Translations under genes and position numbers: made by a program
Shown here: in pieces, positions 62,214-64,000 of the stretch
How the letters are laid out: each line of letters opens with the position of its first letter
Numbering within the stretch: the stretch's first letter is position 1
The notes under the pieces: model-generated
Seen by the model: the letters and a program-made list of their open reading frames with translations, nothing else
Told to the model about the DNA's origin: nothing
Databases searched by the model: none
Assembly: GCF_902805925.1 (NCBI RefSeq)
Contig: NZ_CADCUP010000192.1
Coordinates: forward strand, 3,830 to 67,829
Source: an uncultured Nocardioides sp.
Lineage (GTDB): Bacteria > Actinomycetota > Actinomycetes > Propionibacteriales > Nocardioidaceae
Length of the DNA: 64,000 nt
Direction: 5' to 3'

Positions 62214-64000
62214 ATGGCGCGTCGTACCACCAAGCAGCCCCTGCCCGACGACTTCGAGGAGCACATCCTCGACATCGACGTCGGCGACGAGATGCGTGCC
62301 TCGTTCCTCGAGTACGCCTACTCGGTCATCTACTCCCGGGCCCTGCCGGACGCCCGCGACGGCCTCAAGCCGGTGCAGCGCCGGATCCTCTACACGATGA
62401 ACGACATGGGCCTGCGTCCCGACCGCGGGCACGTCAAGAGCGCCCGGGTCGTCGGCGAGGTCATGGGCCGCCTCCACCCCCACGGCGACGGGGCGATCTA
62501 CGACGCCCTGGTGCGGATGGCGCAGCCGTGGGCGATGCGGCTGCCGATGATCGACGGGCACGGCAACTTCGGGGCGCCCGACGACGTGCCCGCCGCCATG
62601 CGCTACACCGAGTGCCGGATGGCTCCCGCGGCCGTGGCGATGACCGCGGGGATCGACGAGGACACCGTCGACTTCAAGCCCAACTACGACAGCCGCGAGC
62701 TCGAGCCCTCCGTGCTGCCCGCCGCGCTCCCCAACCTGGTCGTCAACGGCACCACCGGCATCGCGGTCGGCATGGCCACCAACATGGCGCCGCACAACCT
62801 CGTGGAGGTCGTGCAGGCCCTGCGGCACCTGATCGGCCACCCGGGGGCCGGGGTCGAGGACCTGATGCGGTTCATCCCGGGCCCGGACCTGCCCACGGGC
62901 GGCAAGATCGTCGGGCTCGACGGCATCCGCGACGCCTACGAGACCGGCCGCGGGTCGTTCCGGATGCGCGCCACCGTCCGCATCGAGACCGTGGGGCGCC
63001 GCAAGGCGATCGTCGTCACCGAGCTGCCGTACGGCGTCGGGCCGGAGCGCATCCAGGCCCGCATCAAGGACCTGGTGCAGGCCAAGAAGCTCCAGGGCAT
63101 CGCCGACCTGCGCGACCTCACCGACCGCAACCACGGCCTGCGCCTGGTCATCGAGGTCAAGAACGGGTTCGTCCCCGAGGCGCTGCTCGAGCAGCTCTAC
63201 CGCCAGACGCCCCTGGAGGAGTCCTTCGGCATCAACGCCGTCGCCCTCGTCGACGGCCAGCCCCGCACGCTCGGGCTCAAGCAGATGCTCGAGGTCTTCC
63301 TGGGCCACCGCTTCGAGGTCGTGCGCCGCCGTACGGTCTTCCGGCGCGGCAAGGCCGCCGACCGCCTCCACCTGGTGGCGGGCCTGATCATCGCGATCCT
63401 CGACATCGACGAGGTCATCCAGGTCATCCGCTCCAGCGACAACTCCGCCGCCGCCAAGGAGCGGCTGATCTCGGTGTTCGAGCTGAGCGAGGTTCAGGCC
63501 GACTACATCCTCGACATGCCGCTGCGCCGCCTGACGAGGTTCTCCAAGCTCGAGCTCGACAAGGAGCGGGAGGAGCTCGACCGCGAGATCGAGCGGCTCG
63601 ACGCGATCCTCGCCGACGACACGCTGCTGCGGAAGGTCGTCTCCGACGAGCTGGCCGACATCGCCAAGACCTTCGGCACGCCGCGGCGCACGGTCCTGCT
63701 CGCCTCGGCCGGGAGCACCGTCACCGCCGCCGCGTCGTCGGGGCTGGAGGTCGCCGACGACCCGTGCCTGGCGTTCCTGTCCTCCACCGGGCTGCTGGCG
63801 CGCTCGTCCAGCGCCGAGGAGCCCGGCTCGGGCGGTGGCCGGGCCAACCACGACGTGGTCGTGTCCACGGTGCGCACCACCGCTCGCGGCGAGATCGGCG
63901 TCCTCACCTCGCGCGGCCGGGTGCTCAAGCTCGGCGTGCTCGACATGCCCGAGCTGCCGCCGTCGGCCAACGACCCCAACCTCCAGGGCGGCCTGCCGCT
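62214..64000 (+). CDS. DNA gyrase/topoisomerase IV subunit A family protein (ParC-like), 5' part; 3' end outside window
   Basis: It is not in the supplied ORF track because no stop occurs before the window end. My own translation from ATG 62214 (GGAGAA upstream) reads [62 protein letters not shown]...[22 protein letters not shown]...GHGNFG...AAMRYTE. This contains the type IIA topoisomerase A-subunit signature and the catalytic-Tyr motif. Confidence 0.85.
   Translation, partial: MARRTTKQPLPDDFEEHILDIDVGDEMRASFLEYAYSVIYSRALPDARDGLKPVQRRILYTMNDMGLRPDRGHVKSARVVGEVMGRLHPHGDGAIYDALVRMAQPWAMRLPMIDGHGNFGAPDDVPAAMRYTECRMAPAAVAMTAGIDEDTVDFKPNYDSRELEPSVLPAALPNLVVNGTTGIAVGMATNMAPHNLVEVVQALRHLIGHPGAGVEDLMRFIPGPDLPTGGKIVGLDGIRDAYETGRGSFRMRATVRIETVGRRKAIVVTELPYGVGPERIQARIKDLVQAKKLQGIADLRDLTDRNHGLRLVIEVKNGFVPEALLEQLYRQTPLEESFGINAVALVDGQPRTLGLKQMLEVFLGHRFEVVRRRTVFRRGKAADRLHLVAGLIIAILDIDEVIQVIRSSDNSAAAKERLISVFELSEVQADYILDMPLRRLTRFSKLELDKEREELDREIERLDAILADDTLLRKVVSDELADIAKTFGTPRRTVLLASAGSTVTAAASSGLEVADDPCLAFLSSTGLLARSSSAEEPGSGGGRANHDVVVSTVRTTARGEIGVLTSRGRVLKLGVLDMPELPPSANDPNLQGGLP

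Noticed and set aside
59259-63851. A 1530-aa ORF on the minus strand, the longest in the track.
   Set aside because: It is antisense to the ParC-like gene and overlaps the Pat-like CDS out of frame on the same strand. Its composition is dominated by Arg/Gly/Pro/Ala, and I recognised no motif. This is the typical stop-poor alternative-frame or antisense ORF of a high-GC genome.

Overview
This is a high-GC actinobacterial chromosomal segment. GC is judged by eye, and the taxon is inferred from gene content and synteny only. Most of the window is core housekeeping in the order familiar from Mycobacterium and Streptomyces. On the plus strand: tkt-tal-pgi-zwf-opcA-pgl. On the minus strand: rbpA, secG, tpiA-pgk-gap, whiA-yvcK-rapZ-uvrC, a Tat-exported Rieske lipoprotein, and uvrA. 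acnA follows. An accessory-looking stretch runs from 25.9 to 39.2 kb and holds two beta-lactamase-fold hydrolases. It also holds an 8-gene minus-strand operon that joins an Opp/Dpp-type importer to a carnitine-catabolism-like trio (BKACE, carnitine-dehydrogenase-like enzyme, thioesterase). Its last component is a 3-kb insertion flanked by a duplicated gene 3' end. The rest of the window is again conserved actinobacterial synteny:
- RNA methyltransferase, APC permease and two trkA genes.
- The block DUF3159/OB-fold/DUF3710/dut/DUF3093/DUF4235/DUF4193.
- IMPase, ferrochelatase, an MFS transporter, a TRIC-like channel and sepH.
- A two-domain acyl-CoA reductase, MOSC, rhodanese and tdk.
- An AlkP-family/DUF5998/sulfotransferase/Pat-type acetyltransferase operon.
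- The 5' part of a ParC/GyrA-like gene that is absent from the supplied ORF track.

I recognised no rRNA, tRNA, CRISPR array, transposase or integrase. I did not find a convincing new multi-gene system such as a defence system.

The observations most worth following up are:
1. A mosaic intergenic repeat occurs twice, at 43.8 and 56.9 kb. It carries a perfect 22-nt palindrome and a 32-nt hairpin module that sits in opposite orientation in the two copies.
2. A 3.05-kb island is bounded by a 64-bp att-like duplication of the methyltransferase 3' end. It carries yeeE/yedE plus two decayed genes.
3. The importer + hydrolase + BKACE operon has an unknown substrate.
4. Two Cheo-type LexA boxes lie in front of uvrA and in front of an uncharacterised 123-aa gene.

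All functional calls rest on reading the translations and on recalled family motifs. No database search was run.
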